64,000 bases of DNA from Zygnema circumcarinatum SAG 698-1b (Eukaryota; Plantae; Zygnematophyceae), in NCBI GenBank assembly GCA_037447605.1, contig CM074805.1, positions 4,621,361 to 4,685,360 of the forward strand, in the 5' to 3' direction. The stretch's first letter is position 1. Each line of letters opens with the position of its first letter. Position numbers and translations under genes: made by a program. The notes beneath the pieces are model-generated. The model saw only the letters and a program-made list of their open reading frames with translations, did not search any database and was not told where the DNA came from. Positions 12,591-23,618 of the stretch are shown in pieces.

Positions 12591-13777
12591 CTGAGAGAAA
12601 TCCAATTTTCTGTCGTTCACGAACGGTGGGCGGGTGGGCGGTAGTGGAAAAAATACGACCCGGATTTTCCGGTTTGGACGTAGCCCTCGAAATGGTCAAC
12701 AAAATATGAAGTTTAAGATGACGACAAAATATTAATCATTGGCCGTGATAGGAGCATCGACACCTCCCGTTTAGTCCAACCCTTCAAACAACAAGTAAAG
12801 TACACTTTGACCAATCAGGACACTGCAATTTGTCAACACGTCAGGACGGCCGGGATGGCGACTTGTCGTTTACGGCAGATGGGTATCGCGAGCATATCGC
12901 CGATAACTGGCGAAAAAGCTGCCAGCGACACACGCCGGCCGGCGGAACTTACCCCCTGCGATTCCCAATAGTGGAAACATTTGCCGGCAAAATCCGATAC
13001 TTCGACGATATAGGGATATGTACTGGCAAGCCCAAAACGACAAACTCCCCTCCCAAACTCCTGCCGCCATATGACCCGCACAATGGGCGCGGTTCATGGC
13101 GACACCTGATTGGCTGAAATTCCTCAGATTAGTGCGCGCAGCTTCTAGGGGTGTGCTCTTTTTCCATCGTATGGAACTGAACCTCTCAGGCGTACGAACC
13201 GTACGACCTTTTTGGAGACCCAGAGTCGCGGAAATGCCGGGTAGTCCCAAACGGCCACGTCAGCATTCGTACAACCACCACTTGCCGCGCCCCCTCTGCA
13301 AGTTGGGAGGGACCGCCCCTGGTCGGCGTGACAACTGTCACCCCAGGTGGCCCCCTAGGGGGCCTAGGGGGGGCTAGGAGGCCTAGGGGCTCAAAAGGCG
13401 ACGCGTGATTGTTCGAATCGTACGAACTGTACCAAATGTACGGAAGCAAGGTCGCATTTCCATAGCGCGGAATGTTCGTGGTTTCGCGCGCATGGGGTGG
13501 GGTGGGCTGCAAAACGACAAGAGTGGGGTGGACTGTACGCACATGCCAGTTCATACGGAAGGATATGCGATGACTTAGGAGGGGCACAACGCAACCGGTT
13601 TCCTTCGAGGGTCAACGGTTTTTGGACTGTAGGAATGTTCCGATTTTGTTCTGTTTGTTATTGGACTGTAGCAAAGTTCCATGGTTACTTGCTGTTGGGG
13701 CTTGGACTCTACGACACTGCCATGGAACTGTACGGCTCTACTCATCTGTTGGTGCAGTGTTTGGACTTTGGACTGTA

Positions 13778-14262
13778 CAGTGGGGGGTCCTCATATTTTC
13801 GCCATGGTATTGGCCAACAAGGGGCGAAAATATTGATTTTGCAAATATAAGGTTCGTGTTACCAATAGGCGGGCGGTGTTATGTTAGAGTTCATGTTTGT
13901 CCGTACATATCGTATCGTCTAATACCGTATCGTATCGTTACGCATCATAACGTATCGTGTAGTATCGTATCGTATTATGCCGTATCGAAGCCAAGATAAA
14001 GGGGAGAGGAGCGAGCGCCTCTTACGGCGGCAAGTGCGGGAAGATTCGGTTTGTTTTGCTTAAGCCCGTAACGGCAAGCAACGGGCCCGTAACGGCCCGT
14101 AGTACAGCAAGTATGAATAGTACGGTCAGTACGAATAGTACGAATAGTACAAATAGTACGGGTAACACAGAGTTACCGTACAAAAAGGTGGTTTCGGCAA
14201 AATCGGGGCGAATTTCTTGGAAGCGCACTGTACAGGGTGGAAAATATGAGGACCCCCCACTG
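13778..14262. mobile_element. Tc1/mariner-type MITE, 485 bp
   Basis: Perfect 23-bp TIRs CAGTGGGGGGTCCTCATATTTTC (13778-13800 and 14240-14262), flanked by TA on both sides (13776-13777, 14263-14264). No transposase ORF; internal GTATC and AGTACGAAT repeats. Confidence 0.88.
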
Positions 14263-14342
14263 TACTAGTTTTCTGTAAATATTGCCGTACGGTACGCAAC
14301 GACGCACCGTACGGAGAGTAGTGCTGTGGTGTTGAATAGGAC

Positions 14343-14717
14343 TATAGATCCGTATTATACACTTTGAGGTTCGATACAATGTATAATACAGTATTAATAC
14401 TGTATTATACACTGTATAATACCTTAACGCAACTGTTAACAGCCGTACAATCGGAACATAGACCCGTACGGAAATTATGTACGAAATGGGTGTACGAACG
14501 TGTAGGGACCAAGTCACACGTGTTGAGTGTTTGGCAAGTGACGTGACTTGGCAAGTGCTGGAATTTCAATATTATAATCAAATTTTGTTCAACTAACCAC
14601 GAAAATAAAAAAAATACGTTAAATACATTAAAAATACACTGTATTTTTAAAATGTTGTATAATACGCATGTATTATACAGTGTATTAATACACGCGTTTG
14701 ATACATACGGATCTATA
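14343..14717. mobile_element. AT-rich foldback/MITE-like element
   Basis: 13-bp inverted ends TATAGATCCGTAT (14343-14355 / 14705-14717), a second 15-bp inverted pair (14408-14422 / 14670-14684), and a perfect 32-bp palindrome at 14380-14411. Confidence 0.6.
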
Positions 14718-14904
14718 AATAGGACAAAGAAATGTCACGATATCAATCACAATATCCATTCAATTCTTTATCTTTTTTATTTTTCATGTAACGGAACTGC
14801 CGCATGGAACCCCAGGCCGTACGGCTTACTCGTACTCGGTACAACGCCGATCCACTCACATGAAAGAATTTTTTACTCTTTTCGAAAAACTCGTCCATTC
14901 ATTC

Positions 14905-15215
14905 CACAGGTTGGACCATTGGATCAACCATTCGAATGGTTTGGAACCATTGGATGCCAACAGTTGGCAACCATTCGAACGGTTTGGAACCACTGGATAC
15001 CAATGGTTGCCAAACATTCGAATGGTTCAGAACCATTGGATGCCAACAGTTGGCAACCATTCGAACGGTTTGGAACCACTGGATACCAATGGTTGCCAAC
15101 CATTCGAATAGTTTGAAACCATTGGATGCCAATCGTTGCCAACCATTCGAACGGTTGCCAACCATTGTCATCCAATGGTTGTCCAACGGTTGCATATCCA
15201 ATGGTCCGACCTGTG
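14905..15215. mobile_element. Foldback element with 20-bp TIRs (CACAGGTYGGACCATTGGAT) enclosing a 43-bp tandem array
   Basis: TIRs at 14905-14924 and 15196-15215 (one mismatch); five 43-bp units at 14938-15152; ATTC on both flanks. Confidence 0.75.
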
Positions 15216-15590
15216 ATTCACTCACTCTCTCTTCTCTTTAGAATGTCCAGGTTCAAAGAACACAAACCCACGCCACATGACGACCAGTTCCGTAACCGTT
15301 CTGGTACCGTTCAAGCCCTCAATTTCGCTTCCATCGACCAAGAACAAAGTGAACCCCACAAACTGCAAACTTTCTCTCCTCTACAGTCTAAACTGAAACA
15401 AAATTTCTGACACTAAACTTCCGTGACCGAAAACCGCCTCCCCTCCTATTGGCTTTCAGCCCAAAAATTTGCCATTTTTGTCCCCTCCCTCCCTCCCTCC
15501 CTCCCTCTCCCTCTCCCTCTCTCCCTCCCTCCCTCTCCCTCTCACTCTCCCTCTCCCTCTCTCCCTCCCTCCCTCTCCCCCAAGGAGCGT

Positions 15591-15906
15591 TCAACCCTCA
15601 GAGGGGGCCCGTCCCTTCAAGAGGCCGAGCAGCCCCTCGTGGATCCCTGCGCTCCCATTGGTCGCCAGCACGGAGCCCCCTCGTAGCGACAGCTGGCGCC
15701 CATCCATGCTCGTGACGCGCCCACCCGCCTCCTGCGACGTGACATGTGTCACGTTAGTAACGGAACCAAGAACTGAACTGAAGACTGGTACAAAGAACTC
15801 GAGAGGGAGAAAGGAGGTCAACTGGAGGAGGAGCAGCGCGGGAGGAAATATCAAGCGAGGATTATAGAAAAAGGAAAGAAACGGGCAGCAATTTAACAAA
15901 AAAAAA

Positions 15907-15967
<61 letters not shown>

Positions 15968-18962
15968 CTATGGTTCAAACAAAGTGGTTCCATATATAAT
16001 GTAAGAGTTGGAGGTTATAAATTTTGGAGCCCTCGAAGGAGTCGCTGAAAGGCCTAGGGCTGTAATTTTTTCTTAAGGACTTTCAAAACTTCGTGGTTCT
16101 CTCAGAGAACTTGAATTCTAAGGGTTATGAACAGAAAAAAAAAATAATAATAAAAAAAAGGTACCTCCACTATCAGCCTCGCTCCAGCGATATCCCACGG
16201 CTGCCCGGAAAAAAAACCAAAAAAAAAAATTATTACACCATTATTCATTTGCCATTCAGAGCATCTCAATTGTCAACATTTACAAATGCTTTACCTTTAC
16301 CTTTAATTCCCTTTACTTCAACTCTCTCTCTCTCTCTCACTCCTCTCTCTCTCCCACCCCCCCTCCCTCTCTCTCTCATTCTCTTTCTGTCTCACATGGA
16401 CCATGAAGAAAGAATTGGAATAAGAAAAAGTTGTTTCGTCCCATTTTCTTCACCTTCAAATCCAGCTCAAAAAACGCTCCCAGCCGCCCGGCCGCTACAT
16501 AGCTCATATGAAGAGCCTGTAAACAAAAAAAAAAAGCAGAAAAAAAACTCTGAAGAAAAGTTCTGGACCTAAATATTGCAAAATAATCAGAAAAACAACA
16601 TACTGAGCCCCATTCCGTACTGTGCTCGAGGCCAACAACAAACAAACAAACGTCAAATGCTCTTCTCTCCTATGAATCCGTACAATTTCTTTCCTTTTTT
16701 GCTCCAAGAGTGCTACCTCCACATGCTTTTTCTGAATGCACTAAGCATGCAGGCAGAAGGCCCGCTTTCAAATTCAATCAGGAGGCAATGAAGTTGAGAA
16801 CACCGGAATATAACATCGTGAAGTTGCCCCCAGTTCTCTAGAACGTGCGAGAGAGGAGAGAGAGGAGAGCGAGGAGAGAGAGGAGAGAGAGGAGAGGGAG
16901 GGGTGCAGAAGCTCTCACCGCAGAACCCAGAGCTCGCATTGTTCGCACCTTCGGAGCCACTTCAGCCATCGCTGAAAGCATCTCCGAGCGAGCCTTCAAC
17001 TGAAACCATCACCAACCTCACCTTAACATCACGAAAACATCAACCTTGTCTTCAAAACTTGCAAAGTTATTGCTCCGCATGCTAATGTGAGGAAGAAGAA
17101 GGTTTCTTTCTAAGCTTGCCTACTCGTTGCAGGATTTTAGAGGACAAGTTCGGAGGGCAGCGAGCACCTGAGAAGGAAAGCCCACAGAAACCGTTGCATC
17201 GCAGAGTTCTGTCGTATTTGAAAGAACTGAAATGCGGCGACCGTTCAAACAAGCTCCTGTCACTCTGTCCCACAGCCCCCCCCCAGTAGCCGATGATGTT
17301 GAGCTCGCATTCTAGCCATAGTCCCTCTGACTCTAATCAGCAAATTTTTCTCCCTCCCTCCCTCCCTCCCTCCCTCCTACCACCTCGTCCCCTCCCTGCC
17401 TCTCCCCCCTCCTTGTTGTCTCCCTCCTTCCCTCCCTCCCTCCCTCCCTCCCTCCCTCCTACCACCTCATCCCCTCCCTGCCTCTCCCCCCTCGTTGTCT
17501 CCGTCCCTCCCTGAGCCCTCCCTTCCTCTCTCCCACATTCAAGTAACTGCGCAGGTTTAAGGGATGGATTAAGTGAGCGTGCCTTCACCAAGCCGTGCGC
17601 TGAAGAGTTCGTCGTGGAATGGGTCATAGACAACCCCAACTTCTAGGGTTGAGCCGCAAGCAACCCCGATAGCCACTGTTGAGAAAGGCATACCACCAAC
17701 CTGCGGAAAGAAAATCCCCACATGTCATTTGATAGACATCCTGGGTCAATCTCATTAACTTCTGCTTTCTGCTGTTTAAAAATTTATTCTACATGATTTC
17801 AACTCCCCTTCGAAAATTTGAACGCATCAAACGAGAATGCAATTCAAACAGTTTTGAACGCCCAGACGGTCCGAACTGGTCCAAGTTCGAGCTTCTCGAG
17901 TTGTACTAATGCTCAGTCCGGATTTTACTCACAAAGTTGAGAGTGCCGTCAATGGGATCGACAATCCATAACCATTCACCCTCCTTCGGACTCTCCAATC
18001 GAGCCAAGTCCTCCTCGGTGGCAGTCTCCTCACCAAGTAGCCGATGTAGGGGAAATGCTCTCTGAGGACGAAAGAAGCCACAGAAAAAACAAGGATGGTT
18101 CACTTGACGTGTTCCAAACCATACAAAGGATCGCATTATCCTTTTTTTTGGCCCCCTGCGAACCCATCAACTTGCCTGCACGTGGGAGCGAATGAGAGCC
18201 TCACATTCGCGATCAACTTCCGTCACAAGATCCGTCCTGACCTCCTTCTGCTCGACCTGCACATCCTCAGGATGCAAACAAACCCGAGATTTTCGTACCT
18301 CAAGCAATCGCTGGGTGACATGTCGCAAAGAGGATTTCTAGGGTCATTTAGAGTCAAAAAGGTTTTCACGACATATCGACTAAGCTCTTGACATGAGATA
18401 ACGAAAAAGAACAGTGTAATGTCAGCATTGGTTTGTGTGAGTGGGATGACATGTTGGGAGAGAAGACGAAAGAGAAGGAGAAGGAGATGGAGATGTAGAT
18501 AACCTGAATTGCTCGCCCGGACTTGCGTCGAATGATCTCTCCGCACTGTTTCCATCGGCCCTCCGAGCAAAAGGTTACTGAAGAGTAAAAACTACAATTT
18601 CAAAGGAAGTAGCCATTGCATTTGCTTGTGACAGCCAAACAAAAGCTCCGGGATACGAGAGTGAAGCGAGAGCACGAAAAGCATTCAAAACGAAAATCAG
18701 CTGGCTACTCCCATACATTCACACTACAAGTCACCTGTTAAGGGCATTAGTCATTAATATCGCTCGCAGACATTCGCAAGCAATTTCTTTTACATTCGCG
18801 TACATTGCAGGAAGCACGTTCCAGAATTTTTGGGAAGCAATATTTAAGTACTTTACGTGCACTAAGATCGCCCTAAGACGGCCTTCACAAGAATCCTCTC
18901 TTGCAGAACAACTTGAATATCTAAAGAGAATGAAGGGATAAACAGGGAGAGGGAACGGGAGA

Positions 18963-19013
<51 letters not shown>

Positions 19014-19344
19014 CTTGGGCCAAATCCTCTGCAAGCTCAAGCACGGCGTTAGCGAGATCGTCCATGTTCGAGTCTCGCCGGCCGGCCATGGCCACAACCT
19101 GCGCCCTCCTCACATCCACAACACCTCTCTTCTGCTGCAGCCGCCTTCCTTCGGCCGCGGAGGGCTTCCCCCTGAACCCTGCAGGAAAGGGCGGCCTCCT
19201 CCGCTCTGAGAGGCTCCTTAAACCCTTGAAAGCCGCTGCATGAGATGGCGCCGGACTTCTGAAGGAGCTCAGAGACTGCGCCATTGCATCTGCATGGCAT
19301 ACAACATGCGGAGGTGTGCGCACTGAGAGGGAGGCGGCAGCCAT
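15591..19344 (-). CDS. Inositol monophosphatase family protein (SuhB/IMPL-like) with plastid transit-peptide-like N-terminus, 10 exons
   Basis: Spliced motifs DLVTEVDRECE, LLGEE, WLWIVDPIDGTLNF, GSAALHMSYVAAGRLGAFFELDLKPWDIAGARLIVEEAGGRVT; stop at 15591. Ser/Ala/Arg-rich N-terminus. One GC-AG intron at 18062-18175. Confidence 0.92.
15910..15964 (+). repeat. (AT)n microsatellite in the last IMPase intron
   Basis: About 27 AT units. Confidence 0.95.
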
Positions 19345-19825
19345 GGCGGGAGAGTGACTCCACTCTCTGTAGGAGGAGAGATTGAGGGCGAAATTTTAGG
19401 GTTGGGATTCTCCAAGCGAGACTATTACTCAAACATTCGCCAATGGAATGCCGTCACGTGTAAATTTTGTACACGTGGCAACTTTCAATTGCTGATGTTG
19501 ACACGTGGTTAATTCCTATTCGCTGTTGTCTTGCAAATGGAGAAAGGCAGGCTTGTCCTCTGCTCCACTTGGACCAATCAGATTCTGTCACGCCATACTA
19601 TATGGACACGTGGCAGCCCGTGATTGGTTCCTCGTAGAAGGCTACGGGGCGGGTTCCCTTGTGGGCCCTCCTCCCTCCTCCTCCGCTAACCCTAACCCTA
19701 ATTTTGTTGCTGCTGCGCCGCCTCCCTCCCTCCCTGAAGTGGCCCTGAACCCTGGACCCTGAGGCCCGCCATCCCCGCACTAGCTCTGTTTCCTAAACCC
19801 TACCAAGGTTGGGTTTGCCGGTACC
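19345..19825. promoter_or_regulatory. Compact bidirectional promoter, IMPase (-) / eIF4A-III (+)
   Basis: ATGs only ~480 bp apart. Paired inverted G-boxes at 19455-19477, GACACGTGGC near 19605, CCAATCAG at 19574-19581, telo-box-like AACCCTAA near 19688. Confidence 0.65.
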
Positions 19826-22800
19826 ATGGCGGCGAGAAAGAGCCGGGAAGAGATGGCGGAGGAGGAGGAGCACCTCGTGTTTGAGACGAGCAAAGGGGTG
19901 GAAGTGGTAAACAGTTTCGACAGCATGGGCATTAGGGAGGACCTCTTGCGGGGCATATATGCGTATGGGTTTGAGAAGCCCTCCGCCATTCAGCAGAGGG
20001 CGGTGATGCCAATCATCAACGGGAGGGATGTCATCGCTCAGGCGCAGTCAGGGACGGGGAAGACGTCTATGATTGCGTTGGCCGTCTGTCAGAGCATCGA
20101 TACTGCGACAAGAGAGTGAGTGGGAGGGAGGGAGTGGAAGGGAGGGAGTGGGGGGGAGAGCGGATAGTGTTTGTGATTCTGCGTCTCTGATTTGCTGAAG
20201 GGCAATGTTATGTTCGGCTCTGTTGCTGGGAGGAAGGACAGTGCAGGGATGAATTAGGGTTGGGGAGTTTGGAGCCCAAGTTCCGGTTCCTGGTTGGGTT
20301 AGGGTTTGGAGGTTGTTGAGGCAGAGATCAAGGGTCGGTGCTAGATTTGCTCAGAAGGAAACATAGAAATCACGAAGTGTGGGTGATTTCAACGTTTCCT
20401 GAGTCTTTGGATACGTTTTATGTCAACCTTTCGCTTACATTCTAGTTTATTCCAAGTATTAGTATGTGAGCTCTACGCTTTAACGGAGATGAATGCGACG
20501 AAAAGATCCTGCTGCATACGAGACCTAAATCCGCGATGTTTGTAGTTTCTGTTCCGTTTTCTTCAATTAGGTTTTTGCTTCCTCAGCCTCACTGATATCA
20601 TGATCTTCCCTCCACTCTTTCTCTTTTGGGTGGCAGAGTGCAAGCCCTAATTCTCTCCCCCACGAGAGAGCTTGCCGCCCAAACAGAGAAAACCATTCTT
20701 GCCATCGGGGACTTCATGAACGTGCAGGCCCATGCCTGCATAGGCGGCCGAAGCATCGGCGAAGACATCAGAAAATTGGAGTATGGAGTGCATGTGGTAT
20801 CCGGGACTCCGGGCAGAGTCTACGATATGATCAAACGTAGAACCCTCCGGACTAGGGCGATAAAGATGCTTATCTTGGTGAGCCCGACAACCCCCCTCCC
20901 TCCCCCCCGCTCTCTCTCACTCTCTTCTCTGCTCTAGCGTTCAATCTCTCACTCTCTATCTCTCTGTCTTTCTCTCTCCGCTACTCACACACGCACATTC
21001 GTATATACACATTCGCGTTCGCTCCCGCTTTCTCCCCTCTCTCCTTTCGCACTTTTTGGTAGCCCTTAATACTTCCTTATTTCTTGAGATGAGATGTGTT
21101 GCTAAGTAATAAGCTGCATTTAAAAAAAAAAAACGAACGCTTAGTCGCATTCGGTCGCATGGCGGGCTGCAGGACGAGTCAGACGAAATGTTAAATCGAG
21201 GTTTTAAGGATCAGATTTATGACGTGTACCGGTACCTCCCTCCAGAATTGCAGGCAAGTCTTGTCGTTTCCTTACCTGCATATCTGAACCCTTGCAAAGG
21301 TTCTAGGCATACCTCATTTTTTGGACAGTTCTTTCAATCGAAGATGGCGAGTTGGCGATGATAGAAGAAGCACTTTCAAAAGAGTGTTTCCTGGAATCCA
21401 GTACGAGTTGGACTCGTAATGTTGAGCACAGAACTATTTGGCCCAATGAGTATGTGCAGCTTTCAGTTGTAATTCACTTTCTTGACACTTTTTTGAGCCC
21501 TTTAATTTTCCAACAAAGTTCAATCTTGCACACTTCTCTAGTCTCAGGGCATCTATTTTTTAGGCGAGCTCCTTATTCTCTTAAAAAGTGACATCCATTA
21601 TGCGATAATCTGCAGGTGGTTCTTGTTTCCGCCACTCTACCTCACGAAATTTTGGAGATGACAAACAAATTCATGACAGATCCTGTCCGAATTCTAGTGA
21701 AGCGTGATGAATTGACATTAGAGGTATGCACCCTCTCTTTCAGTAAAGCATTCCTTCGGAAACCATTCCTTGTACATCAGGAAAAGGGTGGAGGCATCGA
21801 CTCTCTCTCTCTCTCCTTCTCTCCCTTCCACCGAAACCTCGATCTTATAGGTGGAGCGTAGCTGTGAAGTATTATTGACTGTGTCAGGTGTCTATGAGCA
21901 ATAAATTGAGATAGTTCAGTTGCATGGATAGATTGTGCCTGTTTGTGTGGGATGTGTCAATAACACTATCATTTTCTACTTCAAGAACATGGCCTCAATC
22001 TCCTTCTTCGCGTTAGCGCTCCCCCCCCTCTCTCTTTCTCTCTTTCTCTCTCCCCGCCTCTCTCTCTCTACCACTCCCCCTCTCTCCCTCATTTCCTTCG
22101 TACCCTCGTTGCTGTTTGTGAGTACAGGGCATCAAGCAGTTCTTTGTGGCAGTGGAAAGGGAAGAGTGGAAATTTGATACACTTTGCGATCTGTACGACA
22201 CGCTCACAATTACACAGGCTGTCATTTTCTGCAACACAAAGAGGAAGGCAAGGAGCAAAAATTTCTCATCCTCACACACATCTTTCCCCTGTTTTTTTGC
22301 ATTTCTAAAGTCCGCTTTCCTACCAACATTGTCGCACAATTCTTAATCTTATTCCTTAAGAAAAAACTTTGTGAAGGTGGTCATTCTCAGGCTCGATAGA
22401 ATAGTTACATTCCCTGCTACGTTGTTACGGCTCAGGCTCGAACCAAGGGGATGCTAAAATCAGATCAAAAGCCAAAAATGTCATTTGAACACCCTTTTCC
22501 TCCCTTCATAAACCTGCAAATCAAACTCGGCAAACCCACCGTAAATATCCAGCGAACCACTTTCTTCAAATGAGTCCCTTTCTTCGCTAAACACATTCAT
22601 CCCTTTCCATAATCCTCACGTGCCGTTCCTCCCAACGGATCTCAGTTACCCTTTCCCCTTCCCCTCCCCCCCCCTCCCTCTCCATGCAGGTCGACTGGCT
22701 GACTGAGAAAATGCGAGCGAGCAACTTTACAGTATCGGCGATGCATGGAGACATGCCGCAAAAGGAGCGGGATGCGATCATGACGGAATTCAGAGCCGGT

Positions 22801-23618
22801 ACTACGCGGGTCCTCATTACGACCGACGTTTGGGCGAGAGGAATCGACGTACAGCAGGTCAGAAAAGGCCAAAAAAAGTAGGGTTGGTGGGACTATTGGG
22901 GTTGGTGGGATGCCTTTTTTGGAAGTTTTTTAGATTACTTACAACCCTGTGCCTGCCAGCCATTTCTTTCCTTGTTGGTTTCAATTTTGGATGTCTGATG
23001 TGTGAGAGTGGTTGTGGGGGAGAGAGAGAGAGTACAGGTGTCGCTAGTTATCAACTATGACCTTCCCAACAGTCGAGAATTGTACATTCATCGAATTGGA
23101 AGATCCGGTCGGTTTGGACGGAAGGTATGAACCTCCTCTTTCGCACTCTACCCCGCCTTTCCCTCTCCCTCCCTCTCTCCCTCACTACAAGGGGAGAGAG
23201 TGGTGCCGAAGTAAAAAGTTCTGCTCACTTGAAAGTGTCATGCAAGCTGCAGGCCCTCTTGTGAATGTATCAGAGCACCTGTAAACCTGAACGGAAGACT
23301 GCGCATGTGACTGCGCTCTTTTAGACAGAAAAAATTGTGTTCTCTTGTTGACCGAAAGGAGAAAACATTCAATGTAACGCTGAATTCGTAGGAGTGGATT
23401 CCATTCTAGACTGAATTATCTTCGTTTTTCTTACGATTTCTTTGGATTTCGGTCGGAATCGGCTCTCTTCTTGAAACAACATTTGGGGGCATTATGTGGT
23501 GCAGGGTGTTGCCATTAACTTTGTACGCACTGATGACATCAGGATCCTCCGAGACATAGAACAGTACTACAGCACGCAGATTGACGAGATGCCCATGAAT
23601 GTCGCCGACCTCATATAG
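19826..23618 (+). CDS. EIF4A3: DEAD-box helicase eIF4A-III (exon junction complex core), 8 exons
   Basis: [11 protein letters not shown]-terminus typical of eIF4[51 protein letters not shown], ends MPMNVADLI* (TAG 23616-23618). Two GC-AG introns. Confidence 0.97.

Noticed and set aside
14938-15152. 43-bp palindromic repeats as a CRISPR array
   Set aside because: Units are contiguous with no unique spacers, the context is eukaryotic, there are no cas genes, and the array sits inside TIRs.
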